Assembly (NCBI RefSeq): GCF_006345805.1
Contig: NW_021832231.1
Coordinates: 1 to 64,000 of the forward strand
Origin: Octopus sinensis
Taxonomy: Eukaryota
Length of the DNA: 64,000 nucleotides
Direction of reading: 5' to 3'
The first letter of the stretch is position 1; each line of letters opens with the position of its first letter. The position numbers and the translations under genes were made by a program. This document shows positions 48,336 through 60,223 of the stretch, piece after piece. A model generated the notes under the pieces. It did no database searches. It was not told the DNA's origin and saw only the letters and a program-made list of their open reading frames with translations.

Positions 48336-49679
48336 AATTTACTCTAACGATTTTAATTTGTGTCTTTAATTTTAATCTTTGTTTTTAAAATAATCCGTTA
48401 TTTTAATCTCTGATTTGTACTTTTCTTTATTAATTGATTATTTTTATTTTTAAGTTTATAAAATGCAGTTAATATCTGTGGAGCAAGCTGCAAAAATACC
48501 ATCTTCCATCTCATCAATTGAAGAAATTAGTTTCTTAGTAGATTGGCATTTTTTAACACCGTCATATAACGTCGCGTCATTTTCTATACCAGAGATTTAT
48601 ACTGATATAATTTCCTTGACACTTTCTTCGATCTTTTCATCATTTATTTCTTTATTCAACTCTTTCTTCATTTTTTTGACACCAGCACATAGTATACTGT
48701 TACTTCATACAGGGGATTACAGTCGGATTTTTCACAAATAATCCCATCAGGGGTTGCACTGTTAATTGACTAGCACACCGAATAAAAATAACCGCATAAA
48801 AAACGTTAGTAAAGTTATCTCGCTGTGCAAACCCTTCCTGGATGCGTTTTATTAATCGCTTCAAGTCTCCCTGTTCCGCGATATGAGATAGAAATTGATT
48901 CCAACTTTTGAAAAAAAGATTTTAAAATTCCAATCACTCAAAAAATCGTCATTCAGATTTTATAGTGTTCTGAGTTAAAATTGAGAGTTTTCATTGGTAA
49001 TGCAAATCAGAAAAGATAGGAAATTATCTTTGGACAACTGTTTCGTACCAAAAAGACATGCCGTTTCACAGGTGGCGATATTGACCTATCTCAAAAGTAG
49101 CCTTCGTGGAGTCAAACCTACGATGACCGCACTTAGCCATCTTTTATAGGTGACATTTGTTGCTATTTATTATACTATTTAATTAATTAGAATAAACAAA
49201 TAATAATGTGTAAACAATCAATTATACCAGCGTGTTTGAGCGTTGGCTATTAATTGTTTTAATTGTGGTACATTGTGGACGTTTTAGATTTTATTTATCT
49301 ATTTTCTGTTTATTTTCACTATTCATTATTATTATGTTTATTGATTCTTCGAGTCTTCTCTTATATCAAGGAGTCGATTTGTAGGCATCTATAAATGCTG
49401 ATAAACATTATTAACAATGATTAGTGCATTTTTTGATTTGTTTTTTATATAAAGACAGTATTGTTAAATACGATCTGTTGATTTTTATTTTGTATACTCT
49501 TTAATTTGATCTCTATATGTTCTGTCTACTGTTTCGAATGCCTACTTATGAATATTGCTAATTTTAAAACAAATTCACTTACAATGTTGAAAATCTCTAT
49601 CAAAACTCGATCTATTCTTCACTCTTAAAATATCTTCGTACATGGCTCTGCGATGAATAACAGATAATCCTGTTTGGGA

Positions 49680-51850
49680 GTGGGTGACTTCATCCCCAAG
49701 TAAAGTTTCTTCCCCGTACGAGAGGTAGCTGGGCAATCTTTGGAGCCCTCTCGGCGCATCCCTCCACTAATCGGTCCCTCCTGACGCTGTTGAAGGCAAT
49801 TCGCAGATCAAGTTTAACAGCCACGTGAGGATAGAGCATCCTTTGAGAGAAAGACAGTTCGGGCCGCGTGTACGGCAGCTTCACAGCCGTTCGCGATCAC
49901 GACTCCCAGTTGAAGTGGTGATAGCGGTGAGTAGATTTTGGCCTGCGGTCGTTTGAGAAATAAGGTAGTGTCCTGGGCGTAGTCCGTCTATGCCCCCACC
50001 AGTGTTCCCTCTAAGCGAGTGGTAGCTATGCGCGCTGGGCACATTGCATTGTGCAGCGTTATAAAGTGACGTGTGCAAAAAATTTTTGGGGGGGGGAAAT
50101 TTTACAATTAAAAAACCAATGGTTAAAAAAATAGGTCTAGTCAATTGGATATTCTCTTCTGTTTTTATTTTGTATCCAAAATTTGTATACTCGATCAAGA
50201 TCCACTGTATTCCCACTTGTTAAATAGAACTTGATTCGCATGATCATCTCCAAATGGTCAATCTCAAGTCTATTACGTAGTTTAGTTTTGATACAGTTCA
50301 TCAAACTAAATCCACGTTCAGCATCAGCACTCGACGCTTGAAATGTGCCACAAATATCCACAAATGTTGCAGTGGCTGAAAATTTTTTCTCCGCTAGTAT
50401 ATAGTAAATTACATCTTCAAATGTTTTCAAAGCACCAGAGTGCAGTTTTTCTTTTAAAATAAACTTGAGATCTGTATATTCCGACTGCAGTTTTATGAGT
50501 GGGACTTCTGAAGAGAGTAAATTTTCATATTTTTTCGCTAATTTAATTATCTCCTCTTTTCCAAATTCAAAGTTTGTCTGATTTTGAATTGCTTGAGTGT
50601 CAAATGCTACCCATTCTTGATTGCAATGAAAATAGATTTACTGTCACAACTTGTAAGTTTCATTATGCTAGCAAAAACTGTTTTGTGATAATTTATCCCC
50701 GTAGGACGATATTTAATATATATAATAAGCATTTTGGTTACGGATATATCTGTGCTTTCGTCCACAATGAGTGTATGGAACCGAGACTCTCTAATTTCCT
50801 GCATACATATCTCTTTGACCACGTAGTCGATGCATTCAACAAACTCAAATGCATAATTTTTACTTCGCCAGCTATCAGGAAGTTCTACATATTTTGCCAT
50901 ATGATCATGTATATTCATAACAGAAAGTAATGAAGCATTCATGGAGAGAGCCAAAATAACATTGTCAATGAGAATTTTCACTTTTTCAATTTTACTTCGT
51001 GCACGATCACTCATTTTGAATCTCATCTGTCGGTCATCCTTAGACTCTGTGAGCAAGCAGCTGATTCCAGTTCCTGCTCGAATTCTTCTTAATTTTATTA
51101 TTGAATCTGAATGAATTTTATGGGTAATATGTCTCTTCAGATAATCCAATTTCCATATATCCCAGGTTTTTCCACTCGCAAAATCACAAGTCGCTTTAGC
51201 GTCGCCACATATTTTACAAACAACTCCGCAGTCTTCGGAAAAACTAAAAATATCACCCAGTTGCACATGTTGGGGAATTTTTGAATCTGGTGTTAAGGTT
51301 TCGACGTACTCTATCAACCATTCCGGCTTAAAAGAAGGAGAATTTTTCTTAAGTCTCATATCAATATTATAGACACGTTTTCGTTTTGAAATGAAAATAA
51401 GAATATATAAATTCATATAAAAAATTAAAAAAATAGCAATTTTTAATATTATACTTTCTACTGCGCAGAAAAAAATTTCGCTGCGCAGCAAGGTGCAAAC
51501 TGCTGCGCGGCCGCGCACGCGCGCAGCTTAGAGGGAACACTGGCCCCCACAGCTGCTTTTCCAGAATGATTGAATTGAACGCTTGATTTCCTCGTTCGTC
51601 AGAGTTAGAACTGGAGTGTCTCTTGGGTGTTCAAGAAGTCGGAGGTCGACGGGAGGGTCTGGATGTTTGGTTTTCGGCTTGCCGAGAACGTCGGGGGCTG
51701 GGAGTAAGACAGTGTCGTCGATCATGACAGTGCGGATAGCAGCTCGGATGTCGCCTTCAGCCAGCTTGTTACTGACACGTTCATTCAAGTTCCGCCCGGC
51801 GTTGTAGTCACTTCTATTCCACTTGTGCTCGAACATCCAACATATTAATA
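49680..51850 (-). mobile_element. Older CRE-like fragment interrupted by the hAT element
   Basis: NKLAEGDIRAAIR...SCGG|GIDGLRPGH is continuous across the hAT TSD; QLGV...NGCEAAVHAAR...KLDLRIAFNSVRRD. Confidence 0.8.
50000..51542 (-). mobile_element. hAT DNA transposon, internally deleted; left 550 bp also duplicated at 45737-46286
   Basis: 17-bp perfect TIR CAGTGTTCCCTCTAAGC; 8-bp TSD GCCCCCAC. ORF pieces CKIC...HITHKIH, LIVDESTD and hATC SSADAERGFSLMN.IKTKLRNRL. Confidence 0.92.
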
Positions 51851-51957
51851 GTCTCTGACTTAGTATTTCCGAGTAACAAGATCCATTCACAACAGCTATA
51901 AATATTACTATAAAAATTTAAAACTTGTATAGCTAAATTCGATTATTTATTATATTA

Positions 51958-52430
51958 TGTCACATGGGCGACTATGTCGCTATGGGCAGCCAGTCCTTTT
52001 ACGTGTTTCTATGGAAACCGCAGAAAAGGTATTAAATATTGAATATAGCAATTTATATATGGAAGAGTGTAGATTAATCAATTATTCTAATTTAAAATTA
52101 CATTTGAATTATCTTTTAAAAATGGCTTACCCAAAGTATATTAATTTTAACAACGTGGTTACTCACACTTTGTGATGTCTGGGTTTAAGGGTTACGTCAG
52201 AAATATGAACGAATACAATCAATTAAGAAGCGTTAATCGGGATATTCCGGAGGATATGAATGCTCGAAGCAAACACCGGTTGGCCAAAAAGGCTTCCAAT
52301 TTTTGTCAAAAATGTCTGAAGAATCGTCAGCAGAAACATCATTTAATTTCGAGTTTGGGTTAGGGTTAGATTTTGAATATTTATGTTGTCACTTGCCAAC
52401 GTTAGGGTTAAGATTAGGGTTATCTTGTAT
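51958..52430 (+). mobile_element. Ginger-like remnant: left end, N-terminal ORF and TTAGGG-like repeats
   Basis: Starts TGTCACATGGGC. MSGFKGYVRN...KHRLAKKASNF is homologous to the ORF at 26820. gggttagggttag...gttagggttaagattagggtt at 52355-52422. Confidence 0.6.
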
Positions 52431-52929
52431 GCTGCGTAACTTATAAAACGTGGACTAATTCTAACTGGGTTTAAGCTACAAAGAAAAAAATTAAAAACTT
52501 AAGGACCATCAGAATATAATGAAATGAAAATTAAAAGTATTTTCACTCTTTTTTTTAAATGTTTATTTGATTTTTGCAAATTCAAATTTGTAAATAATTA
52601 GTTGAAATATGTGGAAGGATGCCTAGGAAAACGAAAGACACCTAATTATGATGATTTCGTCGGATATCCTCTCTGCATGGCTGAATGATGTAAATTCCGT
52701 TTTGTCAGTGTTTATCTTCAAGAAACATCTTTGGAAAATGTTATCAGGATGTTCATTTATGTATTTGAGAAATTCAGAATCATCCAATACAAGGTCCAGA
52801 TTATTAATCAACTCATAATATTGTCCTTTGATAGATGATCTGAAATCTCTTAGTGCAGCCTTAAGATAAATAATAGAATAGGAAACAACGAATCTACTTG
52901 TGGAACTCACTTGCTTCACAGACTACCGA

Positions 52930-53430
52930 ACAGCAAATAATTATAGCCGCAAGGCGTCTAAAGACATTCCCAACAGCAATGGGTCGTATTCCACAATCAT
53001 ATCGTGGAGAAAAGTAAATCCCTTGCAAAAGGAGGGATCTCACCAGAGATAATTCTATAGGCACATGATGGCCAACATTAGGCTCTTACCGTCTTAGCAG
53101 TTACCGGAGAAAGAAGGTCCTTGAGATGGATGGGTTTCATACCATCAATACCACCACTGCTACTGAGGGGGAAAGAACTGAGAGCAGCAGATACTTCTGC
53201 TGAAGTGACGGAATATGCGTTACAAACGGAACCAGTGACCAACTCAGGAATTTCGGATAGATCGTCCGCGGGGTGTTTTGAACGTAGTTGACTAAGAACC
53301 TTGTCCGAAGGTGGGGCAATAGATGAGTTTGAGCAGATAACACAGACAGCACTGCGTACATCGCCTTGCAGACTGTTCGGTCACATTCTCAAGATGGACC
53401 TGGATGTCCCGACAAAAGAGGCTTTTGAAT
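52930..53430 (-). mobile_element. Degraded CRE-like fragment (pre-RT to RT start)
   Basis: GDVRSAV...LRSKHP...SSGGIDGMKPIHLKDLL...GIRPIAVGNVFRRLAA. Confidence 0.8.
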
Positions 53431-53849
53431 GCTATTGGTGCAAAGGGTGGTCGTGCGGCACAATTGAACTTTAATTGTTTTTTATGTATTCTCGGCAGTG
53501 CTGATAATAATAATTCCCGAAGGCTGAAAGGGGAAAAGTAAAAAATATAGAAATCTCGAGATATACGCATCGTGGGATTAAAGACAATTACAGGGGACGT
53601 TCCTCTCTCTTCGTCCACCGTAGTCCAGCAGGAGTCTGCTCTATTCTTTCTTCCCTTCCATAATGCGGACAAATTTGAAATTGTGAACATTCATCTAATT
53701 TCAATTCTATTCACTGCCCCAACTTCCAAATTATTCTTACCGACGTCCGAATTACAGCCAAACTTTGGGAATAATGGCTTCGCGCCTGCTCTGCCGCCAC
53801 CGACGTCACGGAATCGATCTGATCCGACAGGGAAGTAGTTGTGGGTCTT

Positions 53850-54300
53850 TTCATAGTATAAAACTATCATCTGCCACCGCGGTGACCAAGTTGGACGCCC
53901 TGCCTATCCATAAACTCGACAATGGCACTTCAATCAGTATAAAACAAGGCTTTGCGCACAATATCTGGGTGTCTGAAATCAACCTTAATTGATAACCTTC
54001 ACTGTGAAACAAACTTTTTCCCAATTGAAGATCATTTAAATATGAGAGGAGCGCAATTTTTATTTGCATCTCGAATTCCCTATCATTCATGTTCTGCCCT
54101 AAATGTGCTAATTCTCGTTCAGTGTAGACCCCGAATCTATATTCCCGGATCTTTGCTAAAATTGATGGCCTGCACCAATGTCCATATAAAGAGAATTCAC
54201 GATTCGACATCTACGTCAGCAATTCTTAAGCTGATGTCCAACTCTGTGCCCAATAAACCTTCGTGCTGACGAACACACAACTGCTCATCTATTCCGCTGT
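53850..54300 (+). mobile_element. Possible LINE post-RT fragment
   Basis: ISGCLKSTLIDNLHCETNFFPIEDHL resembles the region downstream of RT in APE-type LINEs. Confidence 0.4.
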
Positions 54301-54369
54301 CCCTGTCTTCTTTCGTTCCGCAAAAATTTGTCATTCACTTCCCGGAGGTCCTATGAAAGTAACCTGGGA

Positions 54370-54900
54370 GGGCGCTGTTGTTTCTGCAACCTGCTGGTCT
54401 CATAATCTAATGTGAGATCGGGGTTACTGAACAACAACAACAGCCAAACCCAATCTGACGATTTTCCGTGCTCCCATGAGTATTTCGAAGGCTCACTGTC
54501 TGGGAAAATCTCAAATCTATCCAGTGATTGAGAAGCTCAAAGACATCAAGCCTCATGTGGCTCTTTTCCTTCTCTGAAACTACTTATCCGCCCCTAGATC
54601 CTTTACACGTTTTCACAGGGGTGACTTTCTTTCGGACAATGACCATATCCTCGGGGTTGTTAAAAGCTCACTCTGCAATCTGGCTTTTGATTATCCCGGC
54701 TGGACTCAGACATCTTTATCTCTGCGCTGGGGTGGCCTTGGCATGAGATTTTATTTCGACCTACCCCTTCCGGCATTCCTATCCGCTTACTCTGCTTCTT
54801 GTTCTCTCTCAGGCATGGTTCTCAGAAACTTTCCCAAACAGAAATTGTCTAAAGATTACTCTTGTGAACGGTGTGAAGCTCTGTTTGTCCGAGGCTGCCC
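54370..54900 (+). mobile_element. Degraded CRE-like fragment, same subfamily as 26998-29497
   Basis: IEKLKDIKPHVALF...GWTQTSLSLRWGGLGMR...LPAFLSAY. Confidence 0.75.
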
Positions 54901-55158
54901 AATTCCCCATCTATTTAGCGGTAGTGGGACGACTGACTCTCCAATTCCTGATTAAGTAGTATTATAGATAATCAGAATGTTCTGTTTGAATGTGCCCATA
55001 CAGTCATTCCTGTATAAACAACTGCCAATGAGACTCAATTACTTCCACACAAATGACAAGTCTGTGAGAGGGAGACCCAGGAATCTCTGAAAAAAGGTAA
55101 TAATTAAATGAAATTTATGATTTATTTAGTGAAAATATAAAAGGGCAATTAAAAGTGA

Positions 55159-55477
55159 ATGGGTTGTTGTGGGGTTAAGTCGACAGCTTGTTGGAGTGTG
55201 ATAAGCATATGGGGGGCCATCATGCTGGTTCGGCCATGTAAATCAACATTAGTGTCTCCTGGGGATATTCTTTAAAATTGAATCGGTGGCTCTAATCGAG
55301 GACATAAGCATTGACGAGAGTGAGTTTATTCTTCAGGGAGATTCTTACATAAGTCAGCAGTACAACGTGACTGCAGTCAATTGCTTCATTGCCGCCGGGA
55401 TGTACCTGTTTCTACTCGTGGCACTCATCATTCACTATAACCTTAACCTCCGACGCAAAACCACAAGAACTGATTAA
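55159..55477 (+). CDS. RNASEK: Ribonuclease kappa / V-ATPase subunit f
   Basis: MGCCGVKSTACWSVISIWGAIML|CLLGIFF...LIED...NCFIAAGMY; one 25-nt intron. Confidence 0.9.
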
Positions 55478-55813
55478 TCTTTTAATATTTTCTTTACTTT
55501 TCTTGTCTCCTCATCTTAGGTGTATATACTCCCTTGAAGTAATAAGGGGACACCCCATTCATAGAGACGGTCTCCTTATTGCTTCTCTTATGCCACCACC
55601 CACTAAAGACTGATTTGTTAAGACATTTTATTCACCAAAGGACAGGGTAAGCCAGTCAATTACAATCCCCCATTCATGTTGCAAGCAAAGTAGATCCTTC
55701 TGAAAGGATCGAGCTGCCCACAATGATCGGACTGAGACGACAATGTCCTAGGGTCAGAGTTCTGATTTTGTAGATAAATTTGTGTAAAGATTAAATTATA
55801 AATATTTTTGTTG

Positions 55814-56445
55814 ATGTGGGGCCTGTCAAGTCTGAGTGTCGTCAAGTCATTTGTACGTTTGGAGTCCAACTTTTGTGCCCGTCCGCGGTATTGTTGTGCA
55901 TTATATATCCAAGACTGCCCAAACAGGAGTGTAGGAGTGACCCCGACTACTACAAACCACGGAGTCCCTACCACCAGACTGACCGGAACTGGCACTACAA
56001 CTATTTCCCCCGATTCCACACAGGGGGACTCCTCCCACGACTGAAGGACCACGTGGAATTGAAATCTCTGCCGGCCTACCGAGACAACAATGTCTGGACA
56101 AATGAGAAGGCTATTTTTGGACAGAATGACTACATTGGTCTGCCCTGCCCAACATGTTCAGATATTTTAGGAGATGGGGATGTCGAACCAAAGGATCTGA
56201 TCAGTGGCCCTCCCCATCTGATCGGATTTAAAGGACGGGAACTGCTGCGACTGATTCGACTGCTTAACTTTGAGGGACTGAAAATAAAGCACTTTGAGCC
56301 TGCGAGATATCACAATATTTGCAAGCGAATTCGCTATTTGTACAAACACGACAACATGCGGAAGAAGGGGTATGTGCGTGGCCGGCCAATGGGACATTAC
56401 CCAATCGACCCCAAGAAACATCATTCCGTTGCCAGGGCTAAGTAA
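55814..56445 (+). CDS. MRPL51: Mitochondrial ribosomal protein L51
   Basis: AIFGQNDYI|DILGDG...GPPHLIGFKGRELLRLIR...KRIRYLYK; introns of 26 and 24 nt. Confidence 0.85.
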
Positions 56446-56856
56446 TTTCACTCTCCTTTAATAATAAAATGTTCAATGTCCTCTAATAATGCGCGTAGGC
56501 AGTGCATCATCTTTTCTTTTTAAACGACGATTGCCACAATTTCTTACAAATGGTTTTGTGTTTCCACACAATTATTCTCTTCTTTGGAGTGGTAAAACAT
56601 TCATCGATAAATCAGTCAACACAACCAATTATGGGGACAGCAGAAGAACGGAAATATCACTCAGTCTATTTAGGACTGGCATTCGCTGTCGTCATTTTGT
56701 GTATGATTTTTTACACTTTGGGGTTAGCAATTATTCTTCATATTTAAGACAGTTTAGTAACCGAATTCTGAATGCTCGCAGTGACTGGGGGACTTGATGC
56801 ACTTTACATTATTTTAACAATGCCTAGTGCTACTAAGAAAGAATAGGAGATTAAAG

Positions 56857-57773
56857 TCAATGCCAGGCCAGCATCTGCCTCTTTAGGAGATAGGAGAGTG
56901 AAGAGTCCACCAAATAATGAACCACCAACAAGACCGGCCAATACTGAGTCCACGCGTTGAAAATGACTCGCTCAAAACTCGGGCGTGTTCTCATTACTCA
57001 ACCGAGTGGAATACCTGATAGGACTGTGAGGATAGTCAACGTGGAGGACAGCACTCATAGCAGAACTCCCCGTTTGTGGGCGTGTCCGTACAATCGAGTT
57101 GGCAAGCTCCACGTAGACTTGGATTGAGCCAATCAGGAGTACTTGCATGCCGTTTATTGTTGGCGAGGATATATTCGTTCAAACTAGTCGGGGATGTCGT
57201 GTTGGGGAAGGATATCTTCACAGTCCTCCCTTCTGTCAGGGGCACGTTCTGTCTAATCTGCAGTCTCGTCCACACTTCCACGTTGTGGGCATTAAGTGGG
57301 ACGTGGACTGGGCTCTCCATTCGCAGTTTGGGGGTTCCCTTCGACTCCCCCAACTCGACTCCAAACGTGAGGAGAATGGCCGCATAGTCATAGTTGGGGA
57401 CAATCCTGAACACATTGAGCTCCAACTCGAGGCCGGACCCCCGTTCTCCATACTGGGATTAGAATAACAGTTACTCGGAGAGACATGTTGCACGACTGGA
57501 GGGATTGACTGGCTGTGCACGTCTGGACGATGGCATTCCCCCGAAATAACAAAACTTGTGCCTCACCTCCGAATTGGTAAACTGGTTTATCGAAATGGAG
57601 AGTGCCAAATGTCCACAAACCTGTGGTCAGTCCAACTTATTACCGCCGGCGGAGTAAATGATGAGGAAAGGAATGAGTACTTTGAAGAGAGTCCCGCACT
57701 TACACACAATGGAGGAGGACGAGAGAGGCCGCGCCCGACACTCGATCCAGTCTTCATGTCCATGTAGATGCAT
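56857..57773 (-). CDS. TMEM231: TMEM231-like ciliary transition-zone membrane protein
   Basis: N-terminal TM then GLW...DKPVYQF; C-terminal VDYPHSPIR...FNAWTQYWPVLLVV resembles TMEM231 IRYP...KFAWVQYVSILL. Exact splice sites uncertain. Confidence 0.6.
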
Positions 57774-57842
57774 GTTACTTGGTTACTTCTAATTTTGTTT
57801 ATTTTAATTCATTCTATTTAAATAAAATAGACCACTGATTAT

Positions 57843-58630
57843 ATGGACACTTCTCATCCAAAGTGGTACCCCTCAATCCCCCAATTGCTTACATGTAATC
57901 ATGTCTCATTAATCCACCTCAGCCCCCAATTCCCTGGGAGTCCGAGCCTGGTTCCGGGACTACTATATTTGCAGTAAACAGAAACTATTAGAAAAGTAGT
58001 ATTGGCGGATTGTCGTAGAATTGGCTTGTCTCCCCCCTCATACCCTGACCAAATGTACGAGTCGTTGGTGGAGCGGGCAAAGAGAGTGCGGGATGAGAGC
58101 CAGTCCTTCCTCGAATGCATAAAGCAGTTCGTGCTGAGTTTGTCGGCCACAATCCAGGCCCAACAAAAACTATACCAAACAACATTCTCGCAGGACTGCC
58201 TGTTCAACTCCGTGCACGTGGAAGAACAGCCGCTGGGACTGCGCCTTGTGCAGAACGGGAACAAGTTCATTGCCCTCCTGACATTCGCGATCGACTCACT
58301 AGAGACGATGTGCGACAAAACAATCCCCGACACCCTCCAGTCGATTGGGCAGTGCGAGACGTGCAGGTGGGAGGAGTGCCACAGTTTAGACTGCGGTGTG
58401 GGGGGTACGAGGGGGAGGAGAGGGCAGTCCACCTGGGGGAGTATGAGGCACTCAAACTGACTGTGAGTGAGAAGGTGAAGCAGTTGGAACTCAACCAGTC
58501 CCGAGTGTTTCGTCGGACGGTCGAGTTTTACGAATATGGGATAATTAATTACATCTCCTCCTCCAACAAGGACATTTCCGGGTGTGTGACTGCCCCCCTC
58601 CTCCACATGCAGGGACTCCCTGATTTGTGA
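57843..58630 (+). CDS. ARFIP: Arfaptin (AH/BAR domain)
   Basis: YICSKQKLLEK|IG; LVQNGNKFI...SLETMCDKTIPDTLQSI; YEALKLTVSEKVKQLELNQ. Confidence 0.8.
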
Positions 58631-58679
58631 CTTTATATTTAAATTGTAATAAATTAATAACCCGCGTGTGTTGTGGTTG

Positions 58680-60039
58680 ATGGCCGACTTTGACCCTCTC
58701 TTCATCGAGGAATATCTCTCCATCTACTACAACAGACTATTCCCCTACTCTGAATTGTATCGCTGGCTGTCCTATGGCCAAGGTATGCCCTTCCCACATT
58801 CCAGCCACCTTCCCCAACAGGGAGTTTTCCTTCATTCTGAAAGACGACGTGTATGTCCGACACCTCTCCTTCGCCAACCCCGCAGAAATGCAGACAGCAG
58901 TCGCCCAGCGGTGTCCGTGGAAAATCGACATTGGGGGGGTCTACAACGTCCGCCCGAAGGACCACAAGGCTGTCCGACCGGGGGCTGTGCAGGTCGTGGA
59001 AAAGGAGTTGGTCTTCGACGTCGACTTGACTGACTTTGACGATGTCCGGAAGTGCTGCAAGTATTCCACTCCCCCATTCGTAGAGGGGCTGCCGTCTGTC
59101 GGGTTTGCTGGACTTTGCTCGTCATGGCTGCCAAAATACTCAACTCCGCCCTCCGAGGTCTCCTGTCCGCGTATTTCCAGAGGATTTCGGGTTCCGTGAC
59201 CTGCTGTGGGTGTACTCGGGGAGGCGGGGAATCCACTGCTGGGTGTGCGACAAAACAGCCCGTCAACTGTCACAGCGAGCTCGCGGTGCAGTGGCCGAAT
59301 ATCTTTCATTGATTTCGGTGGACTGACATTAATATTCTCAGGGCAACGAGAACAACAAACACAAAGTGCAGTTTGGGAGGGAATGTGTGCTCCACCCAAG
59401 CATAACTCGAGCCCTCACCACAATCGAGACATATTTCACGGACTATGCCCTCGTTCGGCAGGAAAGTTTGCGCACGGAAGAGGACTGTCGCCTCATTCTG
59501 GACTTGTTCGACAACCAAGGTGTCTTTATTCGAATAGTCAGAATTCACCGACCAAATGTTGGAGGAACTGAGCTGTTTTGAGGGGAGTGTCCGCAAGTGG
59601 AGACACATTGAAATGAGAGTGAACAATGCCGAGTCCGCCAATTGGAAGAGAGGACTCGTGGAAGCCAAGCTGTTGTTGTGCTACCCCAGATTGGACGTGG
59701 AGGTGAGTCGGGGACTCAACCATCTCCTCAAAAGTCCCTTTTCCGTCCACCCGAAGACGGGTGCCTACTCTGTGGTATTGTAGGGCGAGTGTGTGTCCCC
59801 ATCGACTTTGATGTGATTGACACCTTCGACCCGACGACTGTTCCTATTGTGGGGTTGTGTTTGTGTTCATTCTCTCAGAGATCTTGTCGATGCACTGCGA
59901 ACGTCTGTTGAAGGTGTATTGATTTGACGTATTTTGAGGGAAGGGCAGGACTCCTCTGGACAAGTCTCTCTCCTTCTTCCGACGGTTCGTGAACGGGCTG
60001 GCGAGGACAGATGTAGTCGAGGGAGGATTGGACTTTTAG
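58680..60039 (+). CDS. PRIM1: DNA primase small (catalytic) subunit
   Basis: YYNRLFPY; REFSF; KIDIGGVY; [15 protein letters not shown]; [13 protein letters not shown]; [13 protein letters not shown]; ends DF*. Eight introns of 22-25 nt. Confidence 0.96.
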
Positions 60040-60223
60040 TTTTCACTTTTGTTTATGCCTGTGTGACATTTGATGTGGTTAGCGACACGGTAATAGAGCG
60101 GAATAATCAATCTGAGTGAGTATATATAAATGTGGCCGATCACAATGAGGATATTGACTGCAGGTGAGTAGTTCATCACAATAGTATTACGTGCGTGTCA
60201 ATATTGTACTACACGCTTAGGTC

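Larger units (their letters stand above)
42643..50551 (+). repeat. Direct repeat pair A (42643-46286) and A' (48336-50551) flanking a retrotransposon
   Basis: A ends at the element's 5' end and A' starts directly after its poly(A). A' lacks 1440 bp of A. Confidence 0.92.

Noticed and set aside
42643-50551. hAT alternative transposition as the cause of the A/A' duplication
   Set aside because: Neither endpoint coincides with a hAT TIR; both coincide with the retrotransposon ends.
55500-55760. Small spliced minus-strand gene between RNASEK and MRPL51
   Set aside because: An open spliced frame can be drawn, but there is no start codon or upstream donor and no recognisable family.
57899-58723. 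274-aa minus-strand ORF and similar long antisense ORFs in the GC-rich islands
   Set aside because: Shadows of real genes on the opposite strand, with no recognisable motifs.
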